Assembly: GCA_964016885.1 (NCBI GenBank)
Contig: OZ024746.1
Location: forward strand, 53,196,001 to 53,260,000
Direction: 5' to 3'
Source of the DNA: Eledone cirrhosa
Taxonomy: Eukaryota
Length of the DNA stretch: 64,000 nucleotides
The notes under the pieces were generated by a model that saw nothing but the letters and a program-made list of their open reading frames with translations, was not told the DNA's origin and made no database searches. Made by a program: the position numbers and the translations under genes. Positions 42,366 through 57,004 of this stretch are shown piece by piece (position 1 is the stretch's first letter; every line of letters starts with the position of its first letter).

Positions 42366-42580
42366 CACATACATGTATGTACATATATATATATATGCAT
42401 ATATGTATATACGTACGTACATATACCCATATATGCATACATATATAAATATACACATATATACGCATACATACATATATATACACATACATATATATGC
42501 ATATATATATATGCACATACATGTATATACGTACATACATATACACATATATATGCATACATACATATATGTACATATAC
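41560..42580. repeat. (TA)/(CA) compound low-complexity region
   Basis: atatacacatatataa-type units; similar tracts at 4325-4485, 11120-11840, 35858-36075, 40200-40420 and 59640-59870. Confidence 0.9.
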
Positions 42581-43762
42581 AAGATTGTGGTTGTGTGGAA
42601 GGGATGAGGATGGGAGTAGTTGGGTAGGTATTAAAAGAAAATGAACAAGATTTCAAGGAGGGCAAGGTCTGGTTGAATTATATTTTAATGGGGAATAGGG
42701 ATATTGGGGTTTTAGAAACAATTAATTTGGCTTTGAAATTCTTTGTTTAATGAAGTGGGGGTGGGTCCAGTTTTATTGTTCCTTCTCAAATTTAACAAAA
42801 AATTTAAATAGCCAAAAAAATTTTAATAATAATAATGGTTTTGGCTTTTTATTTCTTTCTTTTGAAAAAAGAATAGCGTCACCTTTTTTTTTTTTAGTTT
42901 GGTTATTAATTTTTTTTGTTATTTTTATAATCAGCACACATGCTTCACAGGCACAAACGTGCTCATACACACATACACAAGCTTGCACACGTACACATGC
43001 ACACACAAACACACGCACAAGAAAAAACAACAACAGAAAAAAATCTTGTTTTGTTATAAAAATTTAAAAAGTTCACATGTATACACATATATACATATAT
43101 AAGTGTTTATATAATATACAATATATTCATATATATATCTAAGATATATAATGTCATATACATTATATAATATATATATCATGGTATATTATATATATAT
43201 ATAGTATATATTTGTGTATATATAATTGCAATAATAATTCAAAATTAAATAAAAATTGTCCAAATAATTTCTTTTTAATTATTTATCATTATTTAATTTT
43301 TACCATTATAATTTTTTCAAAGTATTTTTAAACGTCGATAATTTTTGTTTTTATTTTAAGTTTTCTATAAATCTGCAGCCCCTCCACACCCCACCAGGAA
43401 TTTGGTTTTCTTTGGTTTATAATATATATTTTGCATCATTTTTTTCTCTTTCTTAAAACAGTTGAGTGGAAGCAGGGTTGTGGTAGGGGTACGATTAATT
43501 GATTTGAAATGGGCGTAGGGTGAAGATTAATTAATTTGAAAAACAAACAACAACATAAAACATTTAAATAATGTTTGTACAGGTGGGGGGTTTCAGGTGC
43601 TGGTGATGGTAGTGGTAGTGTTCTGGCATGGCTGGGAGGAGAGGGTTGATTGGAAAAACTTTAAATGGCAAATTCTCATGTTTCAAATTTTGAGATAAAT
43701 AGTCTTGTTTTTATTTGGTTTTAAATGATCATGATAGAAACTGCACATGTATGTATATGGAT

Positions 43763-43799
<37 letters not shown>

Positions 43800-43842
43800 C
43801 CAAACATATACACATGCATATGTATATAGATAAATGGATGTA

Positions 43843-43894
<52 letters not shown>

Positions 43895-44384
43895 GTAAAA
43901 TATTTAATCCTGCATTCAACATCTCATTTTGGGAAGTCCACCAAATATGTTATATGTGTGAGTGTAATTTTGTATATGTATGTGTGTGTGTTTGTATTTA
44001 TGTATATATACATATATATATATATACACATACATAAATATGTACACATCTATGTATGTATATACAGATTCTTTTATAAATATACACACACATGCATACA
44101 CATGTATATATATATGTATATATATATATATATATATAGATAGATAGATACACATATATATATATGTATATATATATGTATATATACATATATAATTGTA
44201 TGAATGTGCGTGTATTTTTCTTTAAAAGTTTATCAGAGTCAACCAAATGTCCTCAACTTATGAATTGAAAATCTGAAAAACAAAATTGAAATTAAACAGA
44301 CCAAAAAAAATAAATAAATAAAAATAAAATATAAATATAATAATGTTAATAACAAAAACAAAAATAATGAGAAGAAGAATAAGA

Positions 44385-44975
44385 ATAACTGCTTCTAATT
44401 TTGGCACAAGGCCTGAAATTCATTGTAGGGGACCAGTCAATTAAGTGACCCCTGTACCTGCCTGATACTTTATTTTATTGATCCCCCAAAAAAAGATGAA
44501 TGGCAAAGCTTAACCTTAGTGGGATTTGAGCTCAAAATGTCAAGAGCTGGAAGAGATACCACAAAGCAGTTTGTCTGAAGTGGCAATAATTCTGCCAACT
44601 CCCCAGTCTACTACTATTAATAATTGTTTCTACTTTTGGCACAAGGCCAACAAATACCCCAGTGCATTACTGGTACTTTATTTTATCAACCCCGTAAGGA
44701 TGATCAGCAAAGCTAACCGTGGCAGGATATGAACCCAGCTTATAAAGGGCCGCAACTCGATGCTGCAAAGCATGGCGTCCGACCCTCTACCAATACTGTC
44801 AATCCACCGCCCTTCCACTACTACTAATAATAATGGATCCTGATTTAGGCACAAGGCCAGCAATTTTGGGAGAAGGGAAAGTCAATTAAATTGATCCTAG
44901 TGCATCACTGGTACTTTATTTTATTGACCCCTGTAAGGATGAAAGGCAAAGTTAATCTCCACAGGATTTGAACTT
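44385..44975 (-). mobile_element. Cluster of three SINE A copies
   Basis: Three ggcacaaggcc...tactttatttta...aggcaaag units separated by (taa)/(cta) tails. Confidence 0.8.
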
Positions 44976-47313
44976 ACTTCTACTAATAATAATAGTAAAG
45001 AACCTATTACAAATGCTATATTCCGATATCAAATTTAACTTTTGGTTTCATTTGTAATGTACTTTAATCATTAACAGTATATTACTGGTACTTATCTAGA
45101 TTCTCTCCCAAGCTAAACTAATATTTGCTGTATAAGTAGATCTGACAACACCTACTCTAGTGAGAGTTAGACCAAAAACTTTGCTTAATTGGTCTATAAT
45201 TAATTAATTTATATTATTCTCGAGATCAATGCTACAAACCTTATGTGAGATATAGGAATGGCTAATTAAATTAATCCTATGGTGTTGTGCTCTTGAGCAA
45301 AATTCTTCAATTCATGTGTCTTTTCAGAATATAAACCCCCTCTCATAAAAAAAAACCTAAAAAATATATAATCCCTATGAGATGCAACATTGTAGGAGGC
45401 TAATTAAATATACATAGTTGTCAGCTATAACAGCAACAATAACTGACTGATTCTTTATTTCTATCAATTTCTGAATGTATGAAAAGTAAAACTGACTCTT
45501 GTGAGATCTGAAATCATTATGTAGAAATAGAGTAGAGACTGCTGCTAAACAAATTGGCCAATGCTCTAATGATGTTGCTAATCTACCACCATCTATTACA
45601 TCAGTCATGTAAAACTTAACCCAAAAGACAACTAGACATAAATTTTACTTTTGCACTACACAACACAGTAAGACATAAAGCTTACTGTGGACCACCAAAA
45701 TGTTGGTATGGATCATGTTATGCATTATGTTAGTCTATAGCAGTGGTCCCTCAAAAATGATTGATATCAACCCTGGGACGTCCCAGGTGCTTGACAGGAC
45801 TTGACTAAAAATTGACATGTGTATAATAAGAATTGGAAATATATAAAATAATTCAATAAAATATAATTTGTTTATACTGGTTTCTGATTTATATATAATT
45901 AGTCTTTGTCTAGTTATGTTTGTATATGCTTGGGACTGGTGGGTTGGCAAGGATTCCATGATACTTAGAGAGGCATGAATCTCACAACTTTCAGTGCATT
46001 TCAATGCTATTATGTCAAACTTGAGATTCTATAGTTTAAGGAACTAGAGGAGGTTATTATTATTAATTTCTTGATTGTGCTCAGCTCTGCTCATATCTAA
46101 GACTTTGAACATAATAAATCTTTCAATACAGAATAAACAGATCATCATTCTTAGGAAAATCAATATCGATCTCTCATTATTAGTTTAATCTCTATCCCTA
46201 ACTCCAGGTACAACACATCATAGATTTTTTTTTTTAAATTCTATAATTCAGTCAGAGGAGGAAATACAATACCTACAACCTTTTCCAAGGTCTCTGAGAT
46301 AGGTGTGGGGGAGGGGGGAGCAAGATCTTAATGATCTCAGACCTGGTCTGCATTCTTGCAACACATTGAACTCTTAAATATGCAGAACCACCAGATGGGT
46401 GTATTAAACTGGAAATTAAATTAAATCTAACCCCCACTTCCAAAAAATAATCCATGTTACTGTTGGGCTTGTATACAGTTTCTACCTACTCAATTTCATT
46501 TACAAGTCTTGGGATTACCCAAGAATTATGTCCCAGTAGAGATGGACCTGGTTGACCCGTAGTGAGCCATACTTCCAACGTTTTCCGTTGTGACCTTAAC
46601 ATCCTCACTAAATTTTTGGTCAACAAATTGCATAACAGAGTTGGCTAGCTGTTCATCATCATCATCATCACATCTGCTCAGCCATGAATTTACGATCACT
46701 ACATCATATCACAGATAGAACACATACAGACACACCCACATACACTGGTGTCTTTCTGGCTAACATGACATGAAGCCAGTATTATTACTGATTGCAATAT
46801 ATAATATCAAGTGATGATGATGATGATGAGGATGACAATGATAATGATGTGTGATTTCATTTTACGATGAACAAACTTCAGTTTTCTAATTACAAATTAA
46901 TAATAAATAAATTGGAGCACAAACAGAGAATCATCTCACCCTTTCTAATTGGAATGTAAATTTAGTTGTTGAGAGATATGAATTGTCTGTGATATAATTA
47001 GGTTATCTTCACTCTTCAAGAATATGAAAGGAAAGGAGCTGATCCTCAGATCAGACCCAAGAGCCCCTGCTTCCATTGATCTTTTCATTGCTGGTCAAAA
47101 TTCCCAGTAGGAGTGTCACGTCCTTTCCATTTCTAGAAAGTGGGATTTTGAACTCAGAATACACAGTCAGAACAGATACCACAAAGCTTCCTGTCTGTCA
47201 CAAACAATTTTACCCATAGACCACAACTGGACTGGTACTTTTAGACCCATGTCAGCCCTGACTGAGCAGACCAATAATCAACAGCACTCCAGCTGACATG
47301 AACCTACTGTATT

Positions 47314-48676
47314 TAACCCCTTGTGCACTAACTACAAATGTAGTTGTGACAATGAAAGTTGAGGCATGAGAAAATTCTATGATTCACATTCATAGTCTGA
47401 GGGGTACTTGTTTCTGATGTAAAATAGTCAGTGATTGGATGAATTAGGAATCTATTTTTAGTTTAAACCAATCAGAGAGTGTTTTATAAATAATTGTTTC
47501 TACTTTTGGCACAAGGCTAGCAATTACCCAGTGTATTACTGGTACTTTATTTTATCGACCCCGTAAGGATGAAAGGCAAAGTTAACCTCGGCGGGATTTG
47601 AACTCAGAATGGCAAGAGTGTTTTATAAATAATGTTTGAATATAAGTTCATGTTGCAATTAATCATTCCCTTTTTGAAAGAAAGAGCTAGCAACATGTTT
47701 TAATAACGATAATTTATATGAATAAATATGGTGTCAGAAAGTGAAAATGAAACTTTTTTTTATGGCTTGATTTAGATGAAGCACAAAAGAAATATGATTC
47801 TTGTATTGAAAATGGACAGAATTTGTCAGACATTGATTAATGTCAGAATCTGACTGATAATGTATTGATGAATTCAAGTAGAAATGAAGGAGATAGTGAA
47901 ACCACATTGAAATGGAGTGATCAATTTTCTGAGAAAATCCTGAACCAGAAAATATTTTGGATTCTGAGAAGAAAGAACTAATTTTTTTTTATTTCAAATA
48001 TTTAATAGGGATTTGTTCGATTTGGTGGCAATCAAACCAAACAGATATGTTGAAACGTAAGGCCCTGATCATAAAAAGCATAGAGGGCCTATTTTGCATT
48101 TCAGATATAGTGATGGGAGTTGATTCTGTCCCTAATCAGGATATGTACTTTTAAAAAGCAGGGATCAGGGAATTGATTACAAGGGACAGACTGGACAAAC
48201 TGAACCAGTATTTTTATATTTCAGATGTCACCCAGAATCTAACATATGGCAACTCTGACAATAACAAACTTGCCCATGTTCAGCCATTTAAGTCACACTA
48301 CAGTACACACTGTGAAACATCAATTGATAAAGGCATGATTGCTTTCACTGAATGACAGCTTCAAACAATATCTTCCACAGAAGCCTACAAAGTATGGGAT
48401 AAAAGTATGTATGTGGGCTGATCCACACAACTATGTAAATGATTTCCAAGACTGGAAAATATTGACTTTAGCTCTTAATATCCTGTTCCGATATAACCAA
48501 AAATACCTAGAAAAGGGTTTGTTAATTCAAATAATTATACTACCTTACCTAGTGGACACATCTTTTATTTTACATATTGGAGATAAAACTAATTTCTAAT
48601 GCAATGCAGTCATTGTAGTTCTGAACCTTTTCAAGAATGTTTTGCTAATGTGGTTTCATGAGGTACAGGACGTTAA
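47314..48676 (+). mobile_element. Degenerate piggyBac-family DNA transposon (transposase pseudogene)
   Basis: Broken frames give an acidic N-terminus (~47727-47940), ITRDRLDKLNQYFYISD, and SIDKGMIAFTE/SFKQYLPQKPTKYGIKVCMWAD, resembling the piggyBac SIDE-M--F-GR----QY-P-KP-K-GIK motif. TTAA-CCC at about 47313 resembles a left end; the right end is uncertain. Confidence 0.85.
47495..47614 (-). mobile_element. 5'-truncated SINE A inserted into the piggyBac remnant
   Basis: Perfect 19-bp TSD agagtgttttataaataat at 47476-47494 and 47615-47633. Confidence 0.9.
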
Positions 48677-48819
48677 GAATTAATAATTTAATGATGATGA
48701 TGACTACCATGAGCAATTATGACAATGGATGTGTATGTGTTTGTTGGTTTGATCTGAATATCATAGGCAGTGTCATTCATTACACATGGTAACAAAAGGG
48801 ATAATAGACATCAGTATTT

Positions 48820-49715
48820 GAATGATATTTTATTTGATCAACCCCTGAAGGGTAAGATGTACTAAAATTAATATAGCAGAATTTGAACTGAGAACATAAA
48901 AGTATGTGACTAAAACATACATCTAATAGTTCACTGGGTTTTTGTCAATCACCATAACAATTGTTTCTACTTTTGGCACAAGGCCAGCAATTATCTCAGT
49001 GTATTACTGGTACTTTATTTCATCGACCCCGTAAGGATGAAAGGCAAAGTTAACCTCGGCGGGATTATTGACCCCAGCACATGATTAGTACTTTCTTTTA
49101 ACTCTATATGGATGTGAAAGATAAAGTTCACTTCAGCTAGATTAGAACACAGAACATAAAGGACTGTAACTAAATGCTGCAAAGCATTTTGTCCAATAGT
49201 GTAACAATTCTGCCAATCTACTGCACTAATAATTATTTCTAGAATCAGCACAAAGCCATCAATTTAGGTGAGGGGTGAGTCAGTTAAATTAACCAGAATT
49301 TGAATTTGGAGCGTTAAAGAACTAGAAGAAATACTGGTTTAATGACTCCACTAAGCTACTGCCAACTAATGTTTCTAATTTAGTCATAAGGCCTGCTAAT
49401 CGGCAGGTAACGAAAGTTGATTAAGTAAGTCCCAATACTTAACTGCTGTTATATTTTATTGATCATGGGAGGATGAAAGGCAAAGTTTACCTTAATTGGA
49501 TTTGAACTAATGATTTCTACTATAAGCACAAGACCAGCAACTTTGGGGGAGGGGAAAGTCGATTAAATCGACCACAGTGCATGACAGGTACTTTATTTTA
49601 TCGACCCTATAAGGATGAAAGGCAAAGCTAACCTCAGCCGGATTTAAACTCAGAATATAAAGGGCCGTAACTATGCTGCTAAGCATAGTGTCCGACGCTC
49701 TACCGATACTGCCCT
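48820..49715 (-). mobile_element. Cluster of about 5-6 SINE A copies and fragments
   Basis: Repeated core motifs of differing divergence, all in the same orientation. Confidence 0.8.
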
Positions 49716-50780
49716 TAAAAACTGAAAACGTTTAGTGAGGATTGAAGCCCAGTCCAGGATCTCCACCATCTCTAATACCTGCCACTAGGCCACCGAGACA
49801 GCTAATGATACGTGTATGGAATGCAGGCAAGAGTCAGTGTTAAGTTGTGGCATTTATACTGTGCCTAACAACACAAAATATAAGGCAGCAAAGGAAATAA
49901 GAAATAAAAACAAACAAAATAAATAATAAATAATAAATAAAGAGTAGATAATAAATAATGAAAATATTGGTAATTATAAAGGTTACATCACACTTGCTAA
50001 TTATTGCTCATTACATATTGCTTATGTATATACAATTATACAATATCTCACACACACATATACATACACATATATACATATATGTATATATATATCTATG
50101 TGTAGCCATATTTATACATATGAGTATATATATATATATAGATAGATAGATATGTATGTATGTATGTATGTAGCCATATTTACATATATGAGTATATCTA
50201 TATAGCCATAGCCATATATATATATATATATACATAACTGTATATATAGCTATCACATCCATTGGTCCTAAACTCCTAATGGAGATGTAAGGGCCCTGTC
50301 ATAACAAATGGCATGCCTTAAGACATTTTAAACTTGGTAGAGACCATCCTTTTCCAGGTCTGAACAGCTGAACCTTGAAACAATGAAAGGCAAAGTTGAC
50401 CCTGGTGGGATCAAACTCAATGCAGAGAGCTGTAATGAATATCACAAAGCATTCTATCCAAAGTTCTAATGACTCTGCCAATTATACACACACACAGACG
50501 AAACACATTTATATACACATACATATAAATGTGTGTATTTTATAGACATGTGCACACATTTGCATTTATAAATAGAAAGGTATACTTTTGATAAATCTAA
50601 GAGCCAAGCCTCTGTAAAAGCACAGCCTACTGTTGATTGAATCAACCCCCCCCCCCCCGTATATCACTGGTTATTAGTCACTGGAAGAGGCAACAAAAAT
50701 GAACTGTCTATACAAACACAACACACGCATATGTGTAAGCATACAATGAAAATGATATATATATATCATCACACACACAC

Positions 50781-50835
<55 letters not shown>

Positions 50836-51433
50836 TTTTAATGTCTGCAGGATATACATATGTCTACCAGGCGCACGAACAGAAGGATGTGTTTTTCTGA
50901 CTGCAGCATATCACAAAATCCGATTTTCATCTCAGGATACCGTTCTTATAAAAAACAAATGCATGACTTTACATCTTGGATTGCATGAGAGAACTGTTGA
51001 AATAATTTTTATGAATAAACGATTTATGTAACATCAGCATCTTTCTTAATGTTATTCTTATATATATATATTATCATCATCATCGTTTTAACATCTGCTT
51101 TCCCTGCTAGTAAAGGGTGGACATTCTACATAAACTAAGATAGTACTGGAAAGGAATCTGCTAAAAAGTAGCCATAGACTGGGTGGTGGTGATGGACTAA
51201 ATCTGTCATCTATTCTGTCTTTATATATGCACCTGTAGGGATGCTTAACACATTATGATCCTGATATGGTGCATTTAAATCTAGTGACGCCCATCCCTTT
51301 CCAGATTTGAGCAAAATGTTATGCAAAAGAGATAGAGGAAGAATCAATCCCTGTACTGAACTGGTACTATATTGACCTTAGAAAGATGAAAAGCAAAGAT
51401 GACCTTAGGTCAGGTGGGGGAATTTGAAATAAA

Positions 51434-51474
<41 letters not shown>

Positions 51475-51547
51475 CATATATATAAACATATATATGTGCG
51501 AAAATGTATAAGGAAAAAGAACACAGGAGAACAATATATTACAATGA

Positions 51548-51588
<41 letters not shown>

Positions 51589-51999
51589 TTTAATCCTTGA
51601 TATAGTAGGAAAGGTATCTTAATGTTTTGGAAGCTAATCCTCCATCAGATGATACATGAGAGATAGAAGAAAAAATAGAAAGATAAACAAGAGTAAGAAA
51701 AGGAAGAAAGGGGGGAAAATGTTATTAAGGGAAAGCATGAGTGTGTTTTGTCAGCCATTTTGGAGAAGTGTGTGGTTAAAGATTTTACTTTAAGTTCTGT
51801 CTAAATGCTAGGAGTCCTCCGCTAAAGCTTCATGCATGCATTGAGTCACTTTATGTCTTGCAACTTAGCAGTTCAACAAATAAAGATCAAAAACATAAGA
51901 ACCAGACATGAGTACTGGGATCATTATAAAAACACATATTGGCATCAGTATTTATTTTAGTCTCGTACTTTATATTTACATAAACATATATACATAAAC

Positions 52000-52044
<45 letters not shown>

Positions 52045-52049
52045 AAAAG

Positions 52050-52312
52050 TGTAAAGTGTCTTAAGCCAGAAGGCTCATTTGGCCGGTGCTTATCCCGGTT
52101 TCATGGAGTGGAGCAAGACTCCCCCTGGACAGGATGCCAGCCCATCATATGGTTAAACTCCCATCTATTGCTGGTACTCATTTTCAGCTGAGTATACTGG
52201 AGCAATGTGAAATGAAGTGTTTTGCTCAAGAACACAACAAGCAATCCAGGAATCGAACGCACAACATTATAATCGTAAGTCCAACACCCTTACCACTAGG
52301 CCACGTGTCTCC
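52050..52312 (-). mobile_element. tRNA-derived SINE family C
   Basis: Minus strand gives GTGGCCTAGTGGTAAG (A box), GTTCGATTCC (B box) and TTGTGTTCTTGAGCAAAACACTTCATTTCACATTGCTCCAG. Other copies at about 13190, 19410, 30060, 55420 and 62530 (-), and 21350, 24890 and 60520 (+). Confidence 0.75.
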
Positions 52313-53309
52313 ACTATATATATATATATACTTACAACACAACACACACAAACAAGCACATAGGTTGCATTATTTTAACTCACGTAGCCCTCTATGAATA
52401 TTCATACTACAATGTATGAATATGTATTATTCATATATATGTAAGTTATAACAAACAGCTGAATGACATGAAATGTTTTTAATAAACCCAACAAGTCAGC
52501 TGTTTTGAACACAGACAGGCATAGATGCAAACACACACACATGGCTACAGACACAACATACTCACACCTCATGCATAGACACAACAAACGTTTTAGCACA
52601 ACTATATTTTGGACTGGTTTCTAACATTGGCACAATACTATTTGTGTTTTGGAGTCAGAGGTACTAGTGTTGATTATAATTGACCCTCAGTACATGACAG
52701 GTTGGTATTTCATTATCTACAGAACAATGAAGAGACTAAACGAAACGCCACAGGTACCATAGGTAAATAAGTCTGCTGTCTAAAAGCCATTAATTTTAAA
52801 TCTTTTGCTAAAAATCTAACAAACTGGTACTTGTTCTACACTATTGAGCTGTATATTTATCTAGAAACCTTCCACCATAATTTTATATAAGAACCTTTGT
52901 TAAATTATGTTCCAAATATAGGCTTAGTAATGATAAAGTTAGTTATATTACTAAATCCCTCCAAAGTTTTGATTATTTTCAAAATTATCTGAAAATGATA
53001 GTGCCTTTCATGAGAAATATGTTAACAAATGAATTTGACTTCTAGAAGTATATGAACTCATAACATAGAAAGGAGCCATAAGTACTGAGTTATCTGGGAA
53101 AGTGAATTGATTAAATATCTGGCTGAAGGAAAGAGAGAAAGAAATGGCAACTGAGTTGCATTTGAGGTTTGAACCATTGATACAGAGGTTTAGTACTGAA
53201 CCATTACATCACACACACTATCAAAGATTAAATAGTTTAGTGTGACACTCTACTAATATCATCTTTCCACTAACATAATGGTAGTGATGAAAGCAATAAT
53301 ATTACTAAT

Positions 53310-53885
53310 AAGAAAACTTGTTTCAATCTTGGTTCAAAGCCAATAATTCAGGAGGAGAGAAAGTTGCTTAAATTGATCTCAGTACTTAACCCGGAAAGAT
53401 GAAAAGGAGATCAGCCAGATTTGAATTCAAAATATAAAAAGCCATACCTATATGACTCAAAGCACTTAATGCTTCTGTCAATCAACCAATAATAATAATA
53501 ATTTCTGATTTAGGCACAAGGCCAACAATGTTTTGGTGTGAGGGGAAAGTCGATTAAATCGACCCCAGTGCGTGACTGGTACTTTATTTTATTGATCGCG
53601 TAAGGATGAAAGGCAAAGCTAATCTCGGCAAGATTTGAACTCAGTATGTAAAGGGCCGTAACTATGCCGCGAAGCAGGGTGTCTGCCACTATTGATACTG
53701 CCAACCCACAACCCTCAATCAACTAATAATGATAATAATAATTGTCCCTACTTTTGGCACAAGGCCAGCAATTTGAAGGGAAGGGTAAAGTAGATTAAAT
53801 TGACCCCAGTGCATGACTGGTATTTTATTTTACCAACACTGTAAGGATGAAAGGCAAAGCTAACTTCGGCAGGATTTGAACCAAT
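53310..53885 (-). mobile_element. Cluster of three SINE A copies
   Basis: Long-variant copies containing gggaaagtcgattaaatcgacccc, joined by (aat)n. Confidence 0.8.
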
Positions 53886-56085
53886 AATAATAATACTAAT
53901 AAGGAATTTAGTGTTATTAAAATTATTGTTGTCTTGACAGCATTTTAAAATGACTGTCTGATATTTCTCTTTGATATGCCATGACTGCGTGGAATCTTTA
54001 TCTCCACAACCTATATGTTTTGTTTAGATAGTAGATTGAGGAATTTTCTATTTCATATATTTAAAGGGGCGTGTAGTTGTCTCAGGAAAGAATCACAGAA
54101 CATATTTTATGGGCAAAACCAATAGACAAGTGACCCAGTGGTAGACCCTGAGCAAGCTGGTGGGACAGCATCCATGAGCTTGGCTGGTTATGCTTAGGGA
54201 TCCAGTTGGATCAGTTGGAAACAATTGCTTCTGACAGGACACACTAGGAGTGTTTGAGGACTCTGCCCCCCACGACCCTCCCAGAAATAAGTGAGTGAGG
54301 AAGAAGAAGAATATATTTAGGAAGGGCATTGAACTGTAGAAAACCAGCCAGTAATACTCAGGTGACCATGTCTCACTCACTCATATAGGAGTATTACTGG
54401 CTGGTTTTCTACGGTTCAATGCCCTTCCTAAATATATTCTTCTGACGTGGAAGTTAGACGTTAATCGATGATGATGATGATGATGAAACCAAAATTGAAA
54501 TTTTATGATTGGAAATTATATATAAATTGCAGAGAGAATAGATACACATATAAACCACAAAAATACAAGTAAATATATGTGTTGTGTAGATATAAACACA
54601 CTGTTATATAGTACCAACATGTTGGGAATCTCATCTCTTAAGTTCTTTGAGGATAAATAAACCAACCAGGTCCATTATTTGTGCAGAACCACTGGAGCCC
54701 ATAGTGATATTGAAGTTGTTCAGTGTATCACTTCTGGTTCAGAGACCCCAACCAAAAATATATACATACATTTACACACACACACATACATACGCATACT
54801 TTATTGGTTGATGATGAGTGATGATGGTATATCCATTTTGTTAGTCTGGCAGCAAAAGCAAAATTATTGAAACACAAATGGTGGTGAGGCAGTGGATGTG
54901 GTAAAATAATGTGGTTGTTTGTGTTAGTGATGCTAGATGTAGTCATAGTCGGTGATCAGTATAAAAAAAAAAAATGTATATAGCAAATAAATATTAACTT
55001 CAAAAGATGTTCATCTTACCCCACTATACTACTTGATCCTTCTTTTATCTTCCCATTCATTATTATGGTGGGTTGTTTTTTTTTTGTTTTTCTCTTTATT
55101 TTATTTATTCTAAACTTTGCATTTTGGTAAAATAACGATCAAAGAGACATCACAGAATATGTGAGTTTCCAGAAGATTTTTAATGTCATTGTCTCTAAGT
55201 CAGCAAAAGAAGACTAACCCCACAACAAGATCACAGCTTTTGGCACATTTTAAAACAACAACAATTCTGATGCCATTGATGAAGTCTTTACATAATTATA
55301 TGATGTGTTAGAAATTCACAGTTCCCACTTATGGAGGTTTAGCAGGACTTCTATGAGGTTGTATCTAGGAGGTTTCATAGGTATTTTAATGAAAGGGACC
55401 CTAGATCTATGATAAAAAGCTATGTGAAATGAAGTATTTCACTTGAGAACACATGCCAATGTCCAGGAATTGAGCCCAAGTTTTTATGACTGTGAATTCA
55501 ACACTACTCACTGGGCCATGTCATCACAAAGTTTAAGACTCCCTAAACTGGAAGGAACACAGGTTAAAATGTTGAGATCGACAGCAACAATAAAACAATT
55601 TGAACTCTTGAACTACATGCTCACATTCCAATACTGTATCCAATTGGTCATTTCACTTCTACATTGATTGAGAGAATATAAAATCTAAGACAGGATTTTA
55701 ACCTTGTTAAAGTAAAGACTTCACTGCTACCCCATAATTGCATTCCTTAATCTAGTCTTCAATTTACAATAACTCCAACATATAATCAATAAAAGATGCC
55801 AGCCTTCAGATCACATCAAGAAAACAATGTGTCCATAGTTTTTTTCCTCTGCTGATACTTTCATCCAGTTACAACTCCTAGCAGCAGAAGGTGGCATTTG
55901 AACTCAGAATGCATAGAACCAGATTAGCTACCACAAAGGCTCTCCTCTAACTAAATAGCAATTCTATCAATCCACTGCTCCTAGACTGGTACTTTATCAA
56001 CCTTGAAAGGATGATATGCAAAGTTGACTTCAGCAGAATTTGAACTCACCAGGCAAATGTCCATTGTGAATCACACACTACCATC

Positions 56086-56549
56086 TTAACCCTCTTGATA
56101 CGAAACTGCCTAAAGCCACCCCTCGTTATTTGATACTAAACTGTTTATTTGTTAAAAACCTTCCATCATTATCTTATACAAAACCTTTAAGTTATGCTAA
56201 ACACCAGCTTAATCCTTTTGAAATCAACCTGCCTGAAACTGCCCTAGCTCTTATACAAATTCACTTGTTTTAAAGTGTTCATATTGAAATGAAAACCTTT
56301 TATTGGTATTTTAGGTTTGAAACTTTTAAATAATGTTCCAAACAAAGGCTTAATAATAAGAAAAGTTTAGGTATATAATTAAATTCTTTAGATGTTTTTT
56401 TTCAAAATAATTTCAAACTATGGTGTGAAAAAGATTAATAGAGAAGTTATTTTTCTAAATCACTTCAATTTTTTTTTTATTATTTTCAAAATGATTTGAA
56501 CATCATAGGCTGTGGCTTTCATTAGTCATGTAGTAATGAAAGGGTTAAA
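56086..56549. mobile_element. Second, older TTAA-type MITE family
   Basis: ttaaccctcttgatac...gtaatgaaagggttaa ends; the internal motifs aaaccttccatc / aaacaccagcttaat recur at about 23115, 28220, 30825-31200, 38040-38630 and 52800-53030. Confidence 0.55.
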
Positions 56550-57004
56550 TGAAGAAAGACATTAAACAATGTAGTTCTTTTCATAAAAAATAAAACAAAA
56601 CAGGATAGTAACAGAAGTTGCATCTTTGACCGTAAGTCTGCTCTATCAGGAATGTCTTCTACCTAAACAACAAAAATCATTTCACAACCATTTTGAAATT
56701 TGAGGGTCACATTGTTGAAACCTCCAAGCTTAGGTCAGATATGTTGTTGATTACGAATAAAATCAAAGATGATCATTGCCAAAAATTATAACAAACATAA
56801 TTGTTTGGAACATTTGTCACTGTCAAGCATATGATTGGTTGGTTAACATTGTCATGTTACCAGCTCAAGCACAAAAAGTGATGACGTCATATTTATTATG
56901 GAGTCCATTTTTTGAGGCAATGTTTTATAGCCAAACATCCTTCCTGATGTTAACCATTTTAGTCACCTCTTACAACATGTAGTAATATGGTGTTCCTCTT
57001 CCTT

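Noticed and set aside
41303-42665. Several 90-217 aa Y/I/C/V/H/T-rich ORFs
   Set aside because: (TA)/(CA) low-complexity artefacts, partly overlapping a Helitron end.
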